A stretch of DNA of 64,000 bases, taken from NCBI RefSeq assembly GCF_030684315.1, contig NC_081365.1, positions 61,186,481 to 61,250,480 on the forward strand, read 5' to 3'. The stretch is from Stegostoma tigrinum (taxonomy: Eukaryota). The notes under the pieces are model-generated. The model was not told the origin of the DNA. It worked only from the letters and a program-made list of their open reading frames with translations, and did not search any database. Position 1 is the first letter of the stretch. The number at the start of each line of letters is the position of its first letter. A program made the translations under genes and the position numbers. Below are positions 36,060 through 49,470 of this stretch, piece after piece.

Positions 36060-38560
36060 CCATATTATATGAATTAGAAGATTACATCTATGGCCTTCCA
36101 TTTGATAAGGATTATCTGCAAAACTGAAGCCAGTTGAAGGAGAAGAACAGTAGCAGCATGAATGTGAAATTGGATCAGTTGTAGGAAACAGACAACAGTG
36201 GTTGCTTTCCAGACTGTGGCAATATATGCAGTTCAGTTCCCCAGCACTAAGTGTTAGGACTCTTGGCTCCATAATATATGTCAAGAACAAATACTTGGAT
36301 ATAGAGGGCACAACTTTAAAATTTGCAGATGACATAAAAGTTAGAAGTTGAAAATATTCTTAAATTTCAAGAGGACAGAGACAGGCTGGTGTAATGGGAG
36401 GACAAATGGCAAATGCAAAGAAGTGGAAAGTGATACATTTTGCTGGAAAGAATATGGGGAGACATTACAAAATAAATTCTATCAGTGATGGGGGAAGAAA
36501 GAGACCAGGGGTATATGACAAATCGTTGAAAGTGGCACAAAAGTTTGAGAAACCGGTTACAAAGTCAGAATAGATTCTGATCTTTATAAATGTAAGAATA
36601 GATTACAAAAACAATAAAGTTTTGATTTTTTTTCTCTCTGCATGAGGGTCAGCTTGAAACGTCAGCTTTCCTGCTCCTCTGTTGCTGCCTGGCTTGCTGT
36701 GTTCATCCAGCTCTACACCTTGTTATCTTTTATCAAACTTTTTTAAATGAACTTTTATAAATATACTTCAGCCTCAATTAGAGTGTTGTGTCCAATTCTG
36801 GGCACTGCTATTCAAAAAGGACTTGTTTTTATTCACTTGTGGGATGCGGGTGTCTCTGGCTGACCAGCATTTATTGCCCATCCCTAGTTGACCTTGTGAA
36901 GGTGGTGGTGAGTTGTCTTTTGTAACTGCTTCAGTCCAATTGCCCTGGGTTGACTCACAATGCCCTAAGGGAGGGAGGGAATTCCAGGATTTTGATCCAG
37001 TGACAGTGAAGGAATGGTGATATACTTTGAAGTCAGGGTAGATAGTGTGTGGTGTTCCCATGTATCTGCTGCCCTTGTCTTTACAGATGGAAGTGCTCAT
37101 GGGTTTGGAAAGTGCTGTCTAAAGATCTTTGGTGAATTTCTGCAATGTATCTTGTTAATAGTACAAACTGCTGCTACTGAGCGTTGGTGGTTTGGTCATT
37201 AGGTACTTGTGGGTGCAGTGCCAAATAAGTGCGCCACTTTGCCCTGGATGATATCAAGGTCCTTGAGTGTTGTTGGAGCTGCACCCATCCAGTCAAGTTG
37301 GGAGTATTTCTTCACTCTTTTGGGAGGCTTTTAGGAGTCAAGAGGTGCGTTACTCCCTGCAGTATTCCTAGCCTCTGACCTGCTTTCGTAGCCACTATAG
37401 TTATGTGGTGAGATACCGGGAGATTCAGTGATGGTAGTATCATTGAATGTCAAGGGATAGTGATTAGATTTTCTCTTATTGGAGTTAGCCATTGCCTGGC
37501 ATCTGTATGGCACAAATGTTACTTACCATTTGCCAGCCCAAGCCTGGATATTGTCCAGATCTTGTTGCATTTGAACATGGACTGCTTCAGCATCTGAGGA
37601 GTCACAAATAGGTCTGACGAACACTGCGCAATCATTGGTGAACATCCCCATTTCTGACATTATGATGGAGGGAATGTCATTTGATGAAGCAGCTGAAGAT
37701 GGTTGGGCTGAGGATACTCTCCTTAAAAACTCCTACAGGGACATGCTGGAATTGAGATGATTGACTTTCAACAACCATGCCCGTCTTCCTATGTATCAGG
37801 AATAACACCAATCAGTGGAGAGTTTGCCCCTGATACTGACTGATTCCAGTTCTGCTGGGGCTCATTGATTCCACACTCAGTTGAATGTGCTCTGATGTCA
37901 AGGGATGTCACTCTCATCTCACCTGAAAGCATTTTGGAGTGGTTCAGAAAAGAGTAACGAGAATGGTTACAAAATTAAATGAATTGTAGATGAAATTCAC
38001 ATAGATAGGTTGGAGAATCTGATTTATTTCAGCCTAGACAGAAGACAATTGAGGGGAGATTTGATAAATGCATTCACAATGATGAGAGGTCCAGACAGAG
38101 AAGATAGGGAAAAGCAGTTTCCATTGACATAAAGTTTAAGAAATAAAGAATGAAGATTTAAGGGAATCAAAAAGAAAAGCAAAGGTGCGAAGGTAGGTTC
38201 ATTTGTGGCTTTCAAAGTGGAATTAAATAAGCACCTGAAGAATAAGATTTGCATTGAGGTGAGGAAAGACCAGGGAATGATGGAGACTGCTGTGATATAG
38301 AGGGACCTGGTTACATGAATCTATAAGTCAACATTGGAGTATGGCAAGAAGTTAGGGAGACAAATGGAAAATTGATCTTTGTTGCAAGGGAGATGGTTTT
38401 AAAGTAGGAAAGTCATGATAGAATTGTACAGTGCATTGGTGAAACCATTCCCAGATAGCTTTATTTAAGAAAAGATATGCTTGCATTAGAAACAGTTCAG
38501 AGAGGTTCTCTAGGCTGATTCCTCGGATAAAGGGATTGTCTTATGAGGAGGAAATTGGCT
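36060..38560 (+). mobile_element. Decayed CR1 fragments interrupted by a PLE piece (~36633-36728) and another LINE
   Basis: AAATTTGCAGATGACATAAAA (KFADD); GTGTTGTGTCCAATTCTGG; GAGGGGAGATTTGATA (RGDLI). Confidence 0.65.
36825..37925 (-). mobile_element. LINE (CR1/L2 group) RT 3' portion with tail
   Basis: Tail complement CAGCATTTATTGCCCATCCCTAG; RT motif complement TCATTGGTGAACATCCCCA...TATGATGGAGGGA; same family as 60200-61990. Confidence 0.7.
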
Positions 38561-39576
38561 TTACCATTGCGATACGAGGTCCTTGTGATTCACATTGCTA
38601 TGAGAAAGAATGCAGAGACAGGCAATACAATGACCAGTTTATAGACTTGGCTAGAATATAACCGATTATGTCAGACAGTAGTTTTACCTGCTTGGGTCTG
38701 GGAGAAATGAAGCAGTGAAAGGATGTCACACAAGTGCTTTGATGGGAGTTTACAATGTTCAAGATCATGTAACATTTGCATCTAAAACAACCACTGTGTG
38801 CAAAAACAAAATACTGCAATTTCTAGGATTCTGCAACCAAAATTCAGAAACTGCAGGAAGTAATCAACAGGCCAGGCAGCTTTTATGGAGAGAGAAACAG
38901 TGATAATGTTTCAAAGCAATGATCTTTTTGGACGAAGACCCCAAAAAATATCCGTTTGTGCCTGCAGTTGCACACTTTGGCCTCTAAGTGCCACTGTCGA
39001 GCAGCTCAAATTTTTGAGCCTTCATAATCTTAAGCAGCAATCATGTAAGAACACAAGTCATGGAAGTAAATGTTACTATTTTTTATGAAAATGTGAAAGT
39101 TCTTGTAATGATTTTCACCAGTCTAGAATTCTTTACAGTCAGCTGGCTGTCTTCCAGAAGTTTTATTTCGATTCCATTATTATCCTCTCTGAACCATGAA
39201 GAAAGCATACCAATGATCTGCTGCTAGTGGATTCTTTTAAAGTGCTGCCCCAGGTATATTTCTGCATTCCCCCATGCTCGCTTGCTAATCTCTTCCCTGG
39301 TTTGACTTGACTCCAGTCTACCTGAACATGCATTTCTATTCAACGTTACACATGTCCAATGGATACTCACTTCACCCGCTAACAATGTGTATTTTGATAT
39401 TTTATATCTATGATCTACACTGCACCATGGCCTCCCCACCTCATCTCCAATCAGCATCACAATATGTTCTTCCACCATTCGCTAGGACCGTCAGCTACAT
39501 TTGGACAAACCCATTTTCCACTGACCAAATCTTTGATCTCTGCTCCCATAGGCAGCAAGACATCCTTTTAGATTTC

Positions 39577-39671
39577 TGATAACACAGTGTGTAGCTAGAG
39601 GAACACAGCAGGCCAGGCAGCATCAGAGGAGCAGGAAAGCTGATGTTACGGATCAGGACCCTTCTTCAGAA
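39577..39671 (-). mobile_element. Penelope pLTR-derived insertion
   Basis: GATAACACAGTGTG...GAACACAGCAGGCCAGGCAGCATCAGAGGAGCAGGAAAGCTGA...GACCCTTCTTCAG. Confidence 0.7.
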
Positions 39672-39899
39672 ATGGGGCTGTTTTGGGTCTCTGCTTAGTT
39701 ACTTGCCCTTTTTCCAAATAAACTGTTTCTCTTCACTCACTGCTTCTGCATTTCCTTGTCCTTACAGTTACGCAGTTTTCCGGATAGACAACTTTCTCTG
39801 ATATGCTTCATCTCCTAGTTTAGCTGTTCACCACACAGTTGTCCAGAAACTGGAAAGGCTAAGCACATAAGATCCTGTGACTTTGGCATACCCATTTGC

Positions 39900-40780
39900 A
39901 CCCTAAGCCTCTAGAAATCAATCTTTCTTTCTTAAACATGTTCATTGACTTGGCCCCCACAGTCTTCTTTGACACATAATTCCCAAAACTCACCAGTCTC
40001 TGAATGAAGAGTTTTCTCCTCATCTGTATCTAAAATAGCCTACTGTGACATCTGAGACTGTGGCCCTTTGTTCTGGCTGCAAAAAATTCATCCCTGCATC
40101 CAGTCTTTTGAGCCATATCAGAATTTTATGTGCTTCAATTAGATCCTCTCATTCTTTTAAGCGCCAGTGGGTATAGGTCCCAGTTAATCCACTCTCTCCT
40201 CATATCACAAACCTGCCATCCCAGCAATTAGTCTGGTGAACTTTTATCAAGTCCCTCTAAGTTAAAAGGTCCTTGCTCCTGTACCAAAATCACTTGGCTG
40301 TGAAGGTGTACCAAAATCACCTGCCTGCCTCACTTCTGGCTGCATCTGTATGCTTGCTTTGAATAACCAGTGTAAATGGTTCTTGTAGCACAGTAGGAGG
40401 GTCCCTGCCTTTGAGACTGGTAGCCTGGGTTCAAGTCCGAGCTGTACTGGAACATTTCCTAATCTATCATTATTTAAATGAAACTCTGCGTCCCTTGCCA
40501 AAATGGACAATTTTGCACATACCCAGTTTATACTGCATCTGCCGTATATTTACACAATCACACAATTTGTCTAAATTGCCCTGAAGTTTCTTTACATCCA
40601 GGTCACCATTTACAATCCCACCTAGTTTCGTGTCATCGTCAAGTTTGGAAACATTACAGTTCATTCCCTCATCCAGATTTGGATACATATTGTGAATAGT
40701 TGGGGTCCAAGCTGGAAGCCTTCTTGTACCACACTGGCCACCAACTACATTCTGAAAAGAAAACCCAATCATTCCTAGTC
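39900..40780 (-). mobile_element. Decayed CR1 ORF2 fragments
   Basis: ORF 40470..40772 NLDEGMNCNVSKLDDDTKLGGIV...CKIVHFG. Confidence 0.7.
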
Positions 40781-40959
40781 TCTGAAGTAGAGGATCCGAA
40801 AGCTTGTGTTTTCAAATTAACCTGGTGGACTATAACCTGGTGTTGTGTGATTCCTACTCTCTGATTTGGAAGGTGACGTTTTTTTCTTTCAGTAGATGCA
40901 TCTTATTTTCTTAAAAATCCAAAGAATGTTTGCTTTACGGGGAAGAAGCCTCACTAAGC

Positions 40960-41640
40960 TTCCAATGCTCTGGCAGGACAGCATTACAAAGGTGTGGCAG
41001 AGGTGGGCTTGGCATCGTGCGCAAGCGTAAGAGCTGCTTTAAAACTTGTCTGGGCGGCACCTGTAGATTCAGAAACCGAGGGCAGGTGAGGGGATTGCAG
41101 CAATACAGACAGAGAAGGGGACAAAAAGAAAGCACAGACAAACCAGGTGAGAGACTGGGATAGAGACACGAGGGAGAGGTGAAAGTGTTAGTAAGTAAGG
41201 TCCCTCAGACCCGGTTTCTATCTGCTTTATTGCTGAGGCGAGTTTACGGGGACTTGGTGCACCGACTACTTGCTCTGTCCAATTTCTTTTACTTAGTTTC
41301 AGATAACTTTACGAGTACTTTTTTGCTTTAAGAAATGATTTGAAACGCTAGTTTTTATTTATTTCGTAGCTGGTTGTCGCTATGACTTAAAGGGCAGGTG
41401 ATTGACGTTTCGGCCACATTCTCTCTCCAACCGTGGTGGGAAGGTTGACTTAAATCTGATCTTTGCTTTCGTCCGGCTCCTTTGCGATCCTGGTGGTATT
41501 CCGACGCGGATCTTCGTTCTTCTGTCCCTTTTTATCTGCAAAAGAATTCTGAAACTGTCCTGTTTCACCTGTTGGGGTGTGGTGCTCTCCTCTCTTGTGG
41601 CTGTCATTGACCTGTTACTAGGCCAGTTTGGAAGCATGTA
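40960..41640 (+). promoter_or_regulatory. Putative UPK1B promoter and 5'UTR exon(s)
   Basis: Locally CpG-enriched non-repeat DNA 2-3 kb upstream of the ATG exon; GTAAGT donors at 41191 and 41638; pyrimidine tract plus AG at 41543-41544. Confidence 0.4.
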
Positions 41641-42789
41641 AGTTGGACAAGGGTTTGGTGTAAATTTAAACCTGCTCTTTAGCTTCCTGATGCGTTTTTC
41701 TTGTTTGTTTAGTGTTCTCAATGACGCTACTGCTTTCCATGTGGATGAGTTGCAGCGTTGCTATTTGTCGCTTTTTAAGAATGTTGTAAGAATGTTGACA
41801 AACCTGTTTCTCACCTCCTTACTTGCGCCCCCCTCCCCCACCCACCCAAAACCTCACCCTTTCAATTGATGGTGTGAACTACAAGTCGTTTCTGACAGAC
41901 AAACGGGAGGCTTGAAGAACACAGCAGGCCAGGCAGCATCTGTAGGAAAGGAGCAGTCAACGTTCTGGGTATTAATTAATTACCTCAGCCATTTCTGAAC
42001 TGGCAAAGAGAATGCCATGAACTCCTTTGGCACCAGGCTATCTCTTGTTAACTAGAGTAAAATGTGCAAATAGGGATACCTTTTCATATTGGTTTATTTA
42101 AAATAAATTGTAACTTAATTTGAGATTTGCCTCATGACTGAATGCAGATTTTCCAGTTTGAAGCGCTTGTGCTTGAAGGCTAGGCTGGGGTGGAGTTGCT
42201 TTAGCAACTGGCCTATGCTACTTGTGCATTTGGTAAAGAAAAAGTAGAACCACCATAGACCTACTGGACCACATGGCTGCTCCACTATTATAGAGGGAGA
42301 TAACTGGTGGTAATTTCACTATTAGGGTAACCACAAGGGGAGATATTGAAAACAAGAGCCCTTCATGGAACTGACCCTATACTGTTGGCATCACTTAGCA
42401 TTGCATGGTAGCTCTCTTGCCAATGAGGAAACCAAACTCCTTCAATCCATATGCCCACATTTTGATAATCTTGCTTGGTATCCCCAACTATCCTGGGGAG
42501 TTAGTAACTGAGAGCTATATTTGCCCTTTTTTTTCTTCCATATTCCAGACTTTCCACAACCCTGCTTCTTCAATTGCCTGTGCTTGAAATCCCTTCCATA
42601 GCCTCTCCATGTCTCCCTCCTGTAAAAACAAGGCTGTGTGATACCTTTTATTTCCGATCAAGCACTTAGTCACTTTGTTGAACACAATTACGTAGCATTT
42701 GGGAATATGCCTCCAGATGTGCCTTTTTAAATATTAATATGTATATATTTAAATACTACTCCCCTTTCCAAAACGTGTTCTCTGAGAGC

Positions 42790-43520
42790 CCTTAAGATGC
42801 TGGTATTGGGGTGAGTACATAATCATGAATTGAGGATTGGTTCTCTAAAAAGAGAATTGGGATGAAACTGCAACTAATGGAGTGCCACCACCCAAGGATC
42901 AGTGCAGTGGCCAGAATTATTTACAATAGATAACTTCAATGAAAAAAGTGAATGTATTATTGCTAAGTTTTTGGATAATACAAAAATAGATGAGGCAAGT
43001 ACAAATATGTCACAAGTTTACAGAGGGATAGAAACAGGTTAAATGAGTAAACAAGCACTTGGTGGATGGAGTATAATGTGGAAAAATGTGAGGCTATGTA
43101 CCTTGACAAGAAGAACAGGACAGATGTGTATTTAAATGGAGGAAATACTTCAAAAAGCTGCAAAGCAAGGATTTGTGGGTCCATGTGAATGAATCACATA
43201 GCTAACATTACTATTGAATGGGTAATAGGGAAGGCAATCAAATTGTTGTCTTCGAAATAAAGACCAATGTAGTACAAAGGAAGAAGTCTTTCTGAAATTA
43301 TACAAAGCACGAGTTATACCTCAGCAAGAATATTGTGAACAGTTTTGATACCCTTCTCTTAGGAAAAATGAGCTGGCATTGGAGAGTGTACAGTGAAGGT
43401 TCATGAGGTTGATCCTGGATGTGGGGAGATTCTCTTATGAAATGTTGACTAGCTTGTGATAGTATTCACTGTAGATTTAGTAGACTGAGGGAATAACTTA
43501 TTCAATAATAACCAGATTCT
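42790..43520 (+). mobile_element. Decayed CR1 ORF2 fragment
   Basis: CAAGGATCAGTG (QGSV), TATAATGTGGAAAAATGTGAGG (YNVEKCE), GAATATTGTGAACAGTTTTG. Confidence 0.65.
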
Positions 43521-43784
43521 TGCATTTTTGAGAATTTTTAGAAATCCCTGGAAAATGCAATATGTTACTAATGGTAGCTGTAAATAACTGGATTTTGAAG
43601 CTCAAACTTGGATTGTACCATCTTCGAACTGGTTCTGCTTATAGGTTGCATTCTGAAACTATAAAGCAGTACAAAATTCAAAAACTTAAGATTGCAACAG
43701 TAGTATGGTGGTTTGCATAAACCACACTCAAAGGAATTTTAATATGAAGTGTTTATTCTGCTTGCTATCTTAGGTAATCAGAAA

Positions 43785-43853
43785 ATGGCTAACACAAGTT
43801 CAGGAGTGAAGGTTTTCCAGGGGCTTCTCATTTTTGGCAATGTCGTCATCATG
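43785..43853 (+). CDS. UPK1B: Uroplakin 1b coding exon 1
   Basis: MANTSSGVKVFQGLLIFGNVVIM|GTATGT; FQGLLIFGNV is characteristic of UPK1B. Confidence 0.92.
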
Positions 43854-44494
43854 GTATGTATTTGTTAAACTATTACCGAATTGTGCTGATATTACTGTTA
43901 TGATGAGAATTGTACTAGAAGCTAAGTTTACTACCATTCTGTAGGAAAATAATCCTTGGTACATTTTCCAAGTGTTTTTTCTATGGTTTAGACCTTTTAA
44001 TATGATTTCATATTTCCAGTTATATGGTAGTGAATAAATTTATTGCAATATTTGTCGTTTCAACTGTCTACATACAATTTCCTGAAGATAATCAGTGCTA
44101 TGTCTGACAAGTTGCAGAGGATCACGTAGTGCCAGGCTTCTACAATCAAGTTTACAGGTGTTGGGTCTGGTATGTTGCACTGTATATTTGTAAGTGGCCC
44201 AATCTGTTAGTTCCCTTTGTATAATACCAGATCTGGCCACCAATGGATCCTGTGTGAACTAGCATTAGAAGTAAACCCAATTATGCTTCAAGGCAGTTTC
44301 AAGTGCGCAATGTGTCTGCACTTTCTTTTTCAGTGCATCAAACTGTTCTAGACATTGGTGGATTTTTTATTAAGAAAACAATCTTGGCCAGGTAGTTTTG
44401 TATTGACTTCTTAATTTCCTTTCTTCCATGCTGTTTGGACAAGGTATTTTTTTTGGTTTGTTTGAACCTCTCTGTTCTCTAGAACTAACCCGAA

Positions 44495-44985
44495 TAGAGT
44501 TATGGTTATATAGCTTGGAAACAGCCCCTTTGGTCCAACTCATCTGTGCTGACCAGCTATCCTAAAATGATCCAGTTGCATTAAGCCCATTTTCCTCTAC
44601 ACCCTTCCTATTCACATACCCAGCCAGATGACTTTTTAAATGTTTCAATTATGCATGCGTCTGTCAGCCTGTTCCAGCCACGCACCACCGTCTTGTGGAA
44701 ATACTGCCCCTTGGGCCCCTTTTTTTAAATCTTTCCCCTCTTGCCTTAAACCTGTGTCCTCTAGGTTTGGACAGCCCTACCCTGGGAAAAAGACCTTGGC
44801 TATTTGTCCTATCCATGCTCCTCATGATTTTGTAAGCCATATAAGGTCACACCTATAGGCCTCTGACACTCCAGGGGGAAAGAAAGCCCCAGCTTTTCCC
44901 TATAGCTCAAACCCTCCAATCCCAGCAGCATACTTGTAAATCTTTTTGGGACCCTTTCAAGTGTAACAAAATCTTTCCTATAAGA
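44495..44985 (-). mobile_element. CR1 3' end fragment
   Basis: ORF 44809..45045 YRKDFVTLERVPKRFTSMLLGLEGLSYREKL. Confidence 0.75.
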
Positions 44986-45504
44986 AGATATGACTGTGTA
45001 TTCATCCAATCCCATTGCAATGAAACAACTCCTAAAGAGCTTCATACAGTGGTAGGTTATCCTGCAGGCATTGTGTGATTATTCAGCAGAACTATATGGC
45101 ATGATACATAACTTCTGCTTTTAGTTCCTTATTTTCCTCCAGCTGTAATTGGTATTTATATCTCATTCCTATCATTTCAAGTCACAGTGCTGAAGTCTTG
45201 GTGCATATTGCCAAATTTTGTTTCAAGAAACTAGGACACATTAAGGATGAAAACATTGTTTTTTCAACATAGTGAGATTGTTACACCACTGAGCTAAGTA
45301 CACAGAAATGGTGAAAATAGACCCACCCTTTAGACTCCTTAGTTCGAGACATGACCTATTTTGTTTCCTGCAATACCACTGGCACTAATAATGGAAGGTA
45401 GCAGTACAGGTTGCTCTGGAGTTAAATTTCTGAAATTATTGAAATATAACTTCACCTTAAAGTGCCAAACCTAGCCTCTCTGTTGATCTATGCCAACCCA
45501 GAGA

Positions 45505-46280
45505 TACTATGCAAGTCCCTTGGTCCTGATGGCTTGCGTCCCTAGATCCTAAAAGAGGTACCTACAAACAATGCATTGTTTGTAACTTCCCAGAAATCCT
45601 TGGATTCTGAAGAAGGACCAGAGGATTGGAAAACTGCCAATGTGACACTCCTAGTCAAAAAATGAGGCAGAATATGGGTAACTATTGGCCAATTGGACAC
45701 AAGGCAAATGTTGGAGAATTATAAGAACCGATTATTCAGGAAGGAATAGCAGAACATCTGGAATGCCATGATCTAATTAAGCAGTGTCAGCATAGCTTCA
45801 TGAAAGGAAAATTATGTCTGACTAAATTCATCAGTTTTTTTGAGGAAGTCTCAGCCAGAGTGGGTAGAGCGGAGCCAGTAGATGAGTTGTATTTGGACTA
45901 AATAAGGCATTTGACAAGGTACCTCACAAGAAATTTAAGCCACGAATTAGGAGCTCACGGTGTTGTGAGAAGTACATCGGTTTGGTTAGAGTATTAGCTA
46001 ATGGGCATGAAACAGACTGGGGATAAGGGGTTGTTTTTCAGCTTGGCCGCCCATGACCAATGGGCTTCCTCGGATCCATGCTAGGGCCATAAGTATCAAT
46101 GGCTTGGAGGTAAGAAGTGAAAGTACTGCAGCCAGATTTGCAAATTACACAAATAGGTGGAAAAGTAGGTTGCAAAAGATCTACAGGCAGTTTTGAGAGA
46201 TACTGATTGGTTAAGGAAGTGGGCAAAAAGTTTGCAAACACAGCATAATGTGGGAAAATACAAAGTTCCTCATTTTGATT
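45505..46280 (+). mobile_element. CR1 ORF2 RT fragment
   Basis: PEDWKTANVT, QHSFMKGKLCLT, AFDKVPHK motifs. Confidence 0.75.
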
Positions 46281-47169
46281 TGATGTGGATTTGAATTTTT
46301 CTCCCAGTCGACCTTTTTTAGATTTTAGGTGTCGATTTGCCTTATTAAAGGAAATGCATAACTGGTCAAATGATGAGCTGGCCTGACTACCTGAACTAAG
46401 ATTTCATTGATGCCTAATTTCTACTTTGTAAATTTTAATGATTTGTGTATTTCCTTTGTCAGTCTGTTTTCTTCTATGTGTGGTTTATATGATTGATGTT
46501 GAAGTTTAAGCTATGGGTGTGTTCTCCCTAGGGTGGTTCCAACACTTCCCAATTAATGGTTGGGACTGGCTAGATTCCTTTAATAACCCTCTACGTTATA
46601 TAATGCATGGAGGGAAGAAATGATTACAAATACTCATTTGTATAATAATTTGTTTTTAATGGGTTTGAAATACACAAAAGCTTATTTGTGTTTATGATAT
46701 TTCTCAACTTGTACAGATCATTCATTTGTAAGAGTACTCTTTGCTTTTTACTATTGTGAGTCTGAACATGTTCAAAACTCTGCACTACACTTCCTGGAAC
46801 CTGACTGGTAAATGCACAGCTTGATGCAGCCTTCTGTAGTGTTTGGATGGAGCACATACATGTGCAAAGTGTCTGGTTGTGTTGAACTAGCTAATAATGA
46901 AAGTAAATGCCTCTTCTGTTCTGTTAGCAGAAATGTGAAAGAATAAATTAATAATTGTGCTCACAAGTAAGCATTTACATGGTCTTTTTATAATGCCACT
47001 TGTTGGACTTGTTTTAGTGCCTTGCATGCTTTCCAAAATTTACTGCTAATGCTAGTGTCCAGTCTACTGAAGCATTTACTTGAGCTTCATAAAATGCCTC
47101 AGTGAGAATGATCATTCATTCATGAGGAAATGTGCATTAATTTCTAGAATTGTACCTTAAAGAATCTTT

Positions 47170-47334
47170 GAGATAACAGTGTGATGCTGGAGGAACACAG
47201 CAGGCCAGGCAGCATCAGAGGAACAGGAAAGCTGAAGTTTCGGGTTGGGACCCTTCTTCAGCCTGGCCTGCTGCGTTATTTCAGCTCCACACTGTTATCT
47301 CTGACCCAGCATCGGTAGTTCTTACTATCTCTGA
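47170..47334. mobile_element. Inverted Penelope pLTR pair with 13-bp TSD
   Basis: TTAAAGAATCTTT at 47157-47169 and 47335-47347; minus-strand CTGAAGAAGGGTCCCAACCCGAAACTTCAGC at 47231-47261. Confidence 0.8.
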
Positions 47335-47556
47335 TTAAAGAATCTTTAATACTTTTATGCTATTGGTTTTTTTTTACTTACAATATTTTCTTCGTGTATC
47401 TGATCTCTTTTTTTCTAATTGCAAACTAAAAGGCCAGTTCAAGTCATTATTTTAATGCCTCTGCCCGAAGATGAAATTACCTATTTGTATGGTGAGATGC
47501 ATCTCAAGACACAAGTGTTCAAAGATTGACTATTAACTTTGGGTTTCTATTTGCAG

Positions 47557-47757
47557 CTGTGTGGCATTGCATTGACAGCCGAATGTATTTTCCATGTTTC
47601 GGATCAGAATGACCTCTGGCCTCTACTTGCAGCTGCTAACAACACTGACATTTTTGCTGCAGCTTGGATTGGACTTTTTGTAGGCTTCTGCCTGTTTGTA
47701 TTGAGCATAGTTGGTATATTTGGAATCATGAAATCGGCCAAGAATGTTATCCTAACA
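47557..47757 (+). CDS. UPK1B: Uroplakin 1b coding exon 2
   Basis: TTGCAG|LCGIALTAECIFHVSDQ...AAWIGLFVGFCLFVLSIVGIFGIMKSAKNVILT|GTAAGT. Confidence 0.95.
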
Positions 47758-48563
47758 GTAAGTTTGAATTTTGCTTGATAGAACTTATTTTATCTCCATT
47801 TGTCACTTGCTTTTGATTAGTGCATTTGCCTTCTCCAACACATGGCTAGCAATAACCTGAAATAATGCCACAAACATTTTATGGATCTGGAGTGGAACCT
47901 TTTTACATCCAGTTCAACGGTTTTACTCTGGACTGCTCCTGAAACAACAGCCTCTTTGGAATTTGTAAAATATTACACTTAACAGTAGTGTTTAGTGAAC
48001 ATAAATTGCCAGTATATACTTACTTGACATATCAATTTAAATGTAGGGTAATTCTTTCAAAGCAAAGAGCCGTTGCACTTAAAATATCACTATATTGATA
48101 TTTTTAAAATACATTTCAAATTGAGGGATTTTTATTAACAGTCTTAGTGATGGTGACCTTTAGGATCAGATTGATCTTTCTCCTGGTTCAGTAATGTTCC
48201 TTTTTAGGAAAAGAGATTTGCCATCTTTGCCTTGTTCTATCTACATTTGACCCTCGACAACAGCAAAGTGCTTGGCTCTCAACAGCCCTCTGAAAAGGCC
48301 TGTGAAAATTGCTGTACACAGAGGCAATTGTGGCACTATCTAACTAGTTATGGAATTTAAGTCCGTGTCTGCCTACTTGAATGCAATATTACACCACTGT
48401 CCATGACGAAATTAAAAGCTTCAATTAATCTTACCTCTAGAAACTTTCTGTTTGCTAATCTGAATAATATTCCTCTTGATTAAGAAATCTACTAGGTTAT
48501 TTTATTTATAGTTTAAGGTACATATTAGCTAGTAACCTGTCTTTTTTTGGTGTTCTCTTTCAG

Positions 48564-48638
48564 TACATTATTTTGATGCTAATTGTCTACATCTTTGAAG
48601 TTGCTTCATGCATCACAGCTGCAACACACAGGGATTTT
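48564..48638 (+). CDS. UPK1B: Uroplakin 1b coding exon 3
   Basis: TTTCAG|YIILMLIVYIFEVASCITAATHRDF|GTAAGT. Confidence 0.95.
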
Positions 48639-48959
48639 GTAAGTAATCCCTCCTTTCCTCATGAGCGAGTGCCCTATTCATTTCATTGCTGAACATTTAA
48701 AAATTAAATCTCTTTTTGGTCAAATCAACTGTCATTTCGCTAATGAAGTGGAAGTCCTGTCTAGAATGGTGATTGATCAATTGCAGCACATAATTTTTAT
48801 TTAACATAAGTTTTGCTCACATTTTCCATCTTGGAAGTTGGGAAGCTAAAACAATGGTAAGGTGCAGAAATTAACACTGGTGCTGTAAAATAATGGGATT
48901 AACGAGTTTTCATCCTGCATTTTTGCCATTCAGTGACAACCTGTGACACTGTCCCTTAT

Positions 48960-49258
48960 TTTGAATACAGTTGCAGTTCTGAATGTAGCAACATGGAGCT
49001 CATCTCTCCCATCAACCAATTGGGCCATACCTACCACTAGTGTCCACCAATCACCATCATTCCATTACCTCCACACCCTGCCCCCGCCGCTGCCTGCCAT
49101 CTGCAGCTCCCCCAACCCCCACATTCAGCCTTGAAGAAGGGTAATACCCGAAACATTGACTTTGCCTTTCCTCCAGATACTCCATAGTTCGCTGTGTTCT
49201 TCTAGCCTCCTGTTTGTCGACCTTCGATTCCAGCATCTGTAGTTTTATTTTTGTCTCT
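48960..49258 (+). mobile_element. Penelope 3' region/pLTR (third subfamily)
   Basis: C-rich tract, then TGAAGAAGGGTAATACCCGAAACATTGACT...GCTGTGTTCTTCTAGCCTCC...CCAGCATCTG; a related minus-strand piece lies at ~41895-41975. Confidence 0.6.
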
Positions 49259-49470
49259 AACCTAGTGAATTGAGTTTGGAAGTGTGCTGTAACCTCAGTG
49301 TTGTAGTATTGAAGTATTCCTCTTGAATGCTCTGGTGCCAGAAGCTTTGAGTATTCATTAAGCTCAGATCCAAACATAAATGACCGGGAAAAATCTGCTG
49401 ATGGCTTCTGATAGGGTATTGAAACTGAAATGAGTTCTGTTTGATACAACACAACACAAGTCCATCAGCT

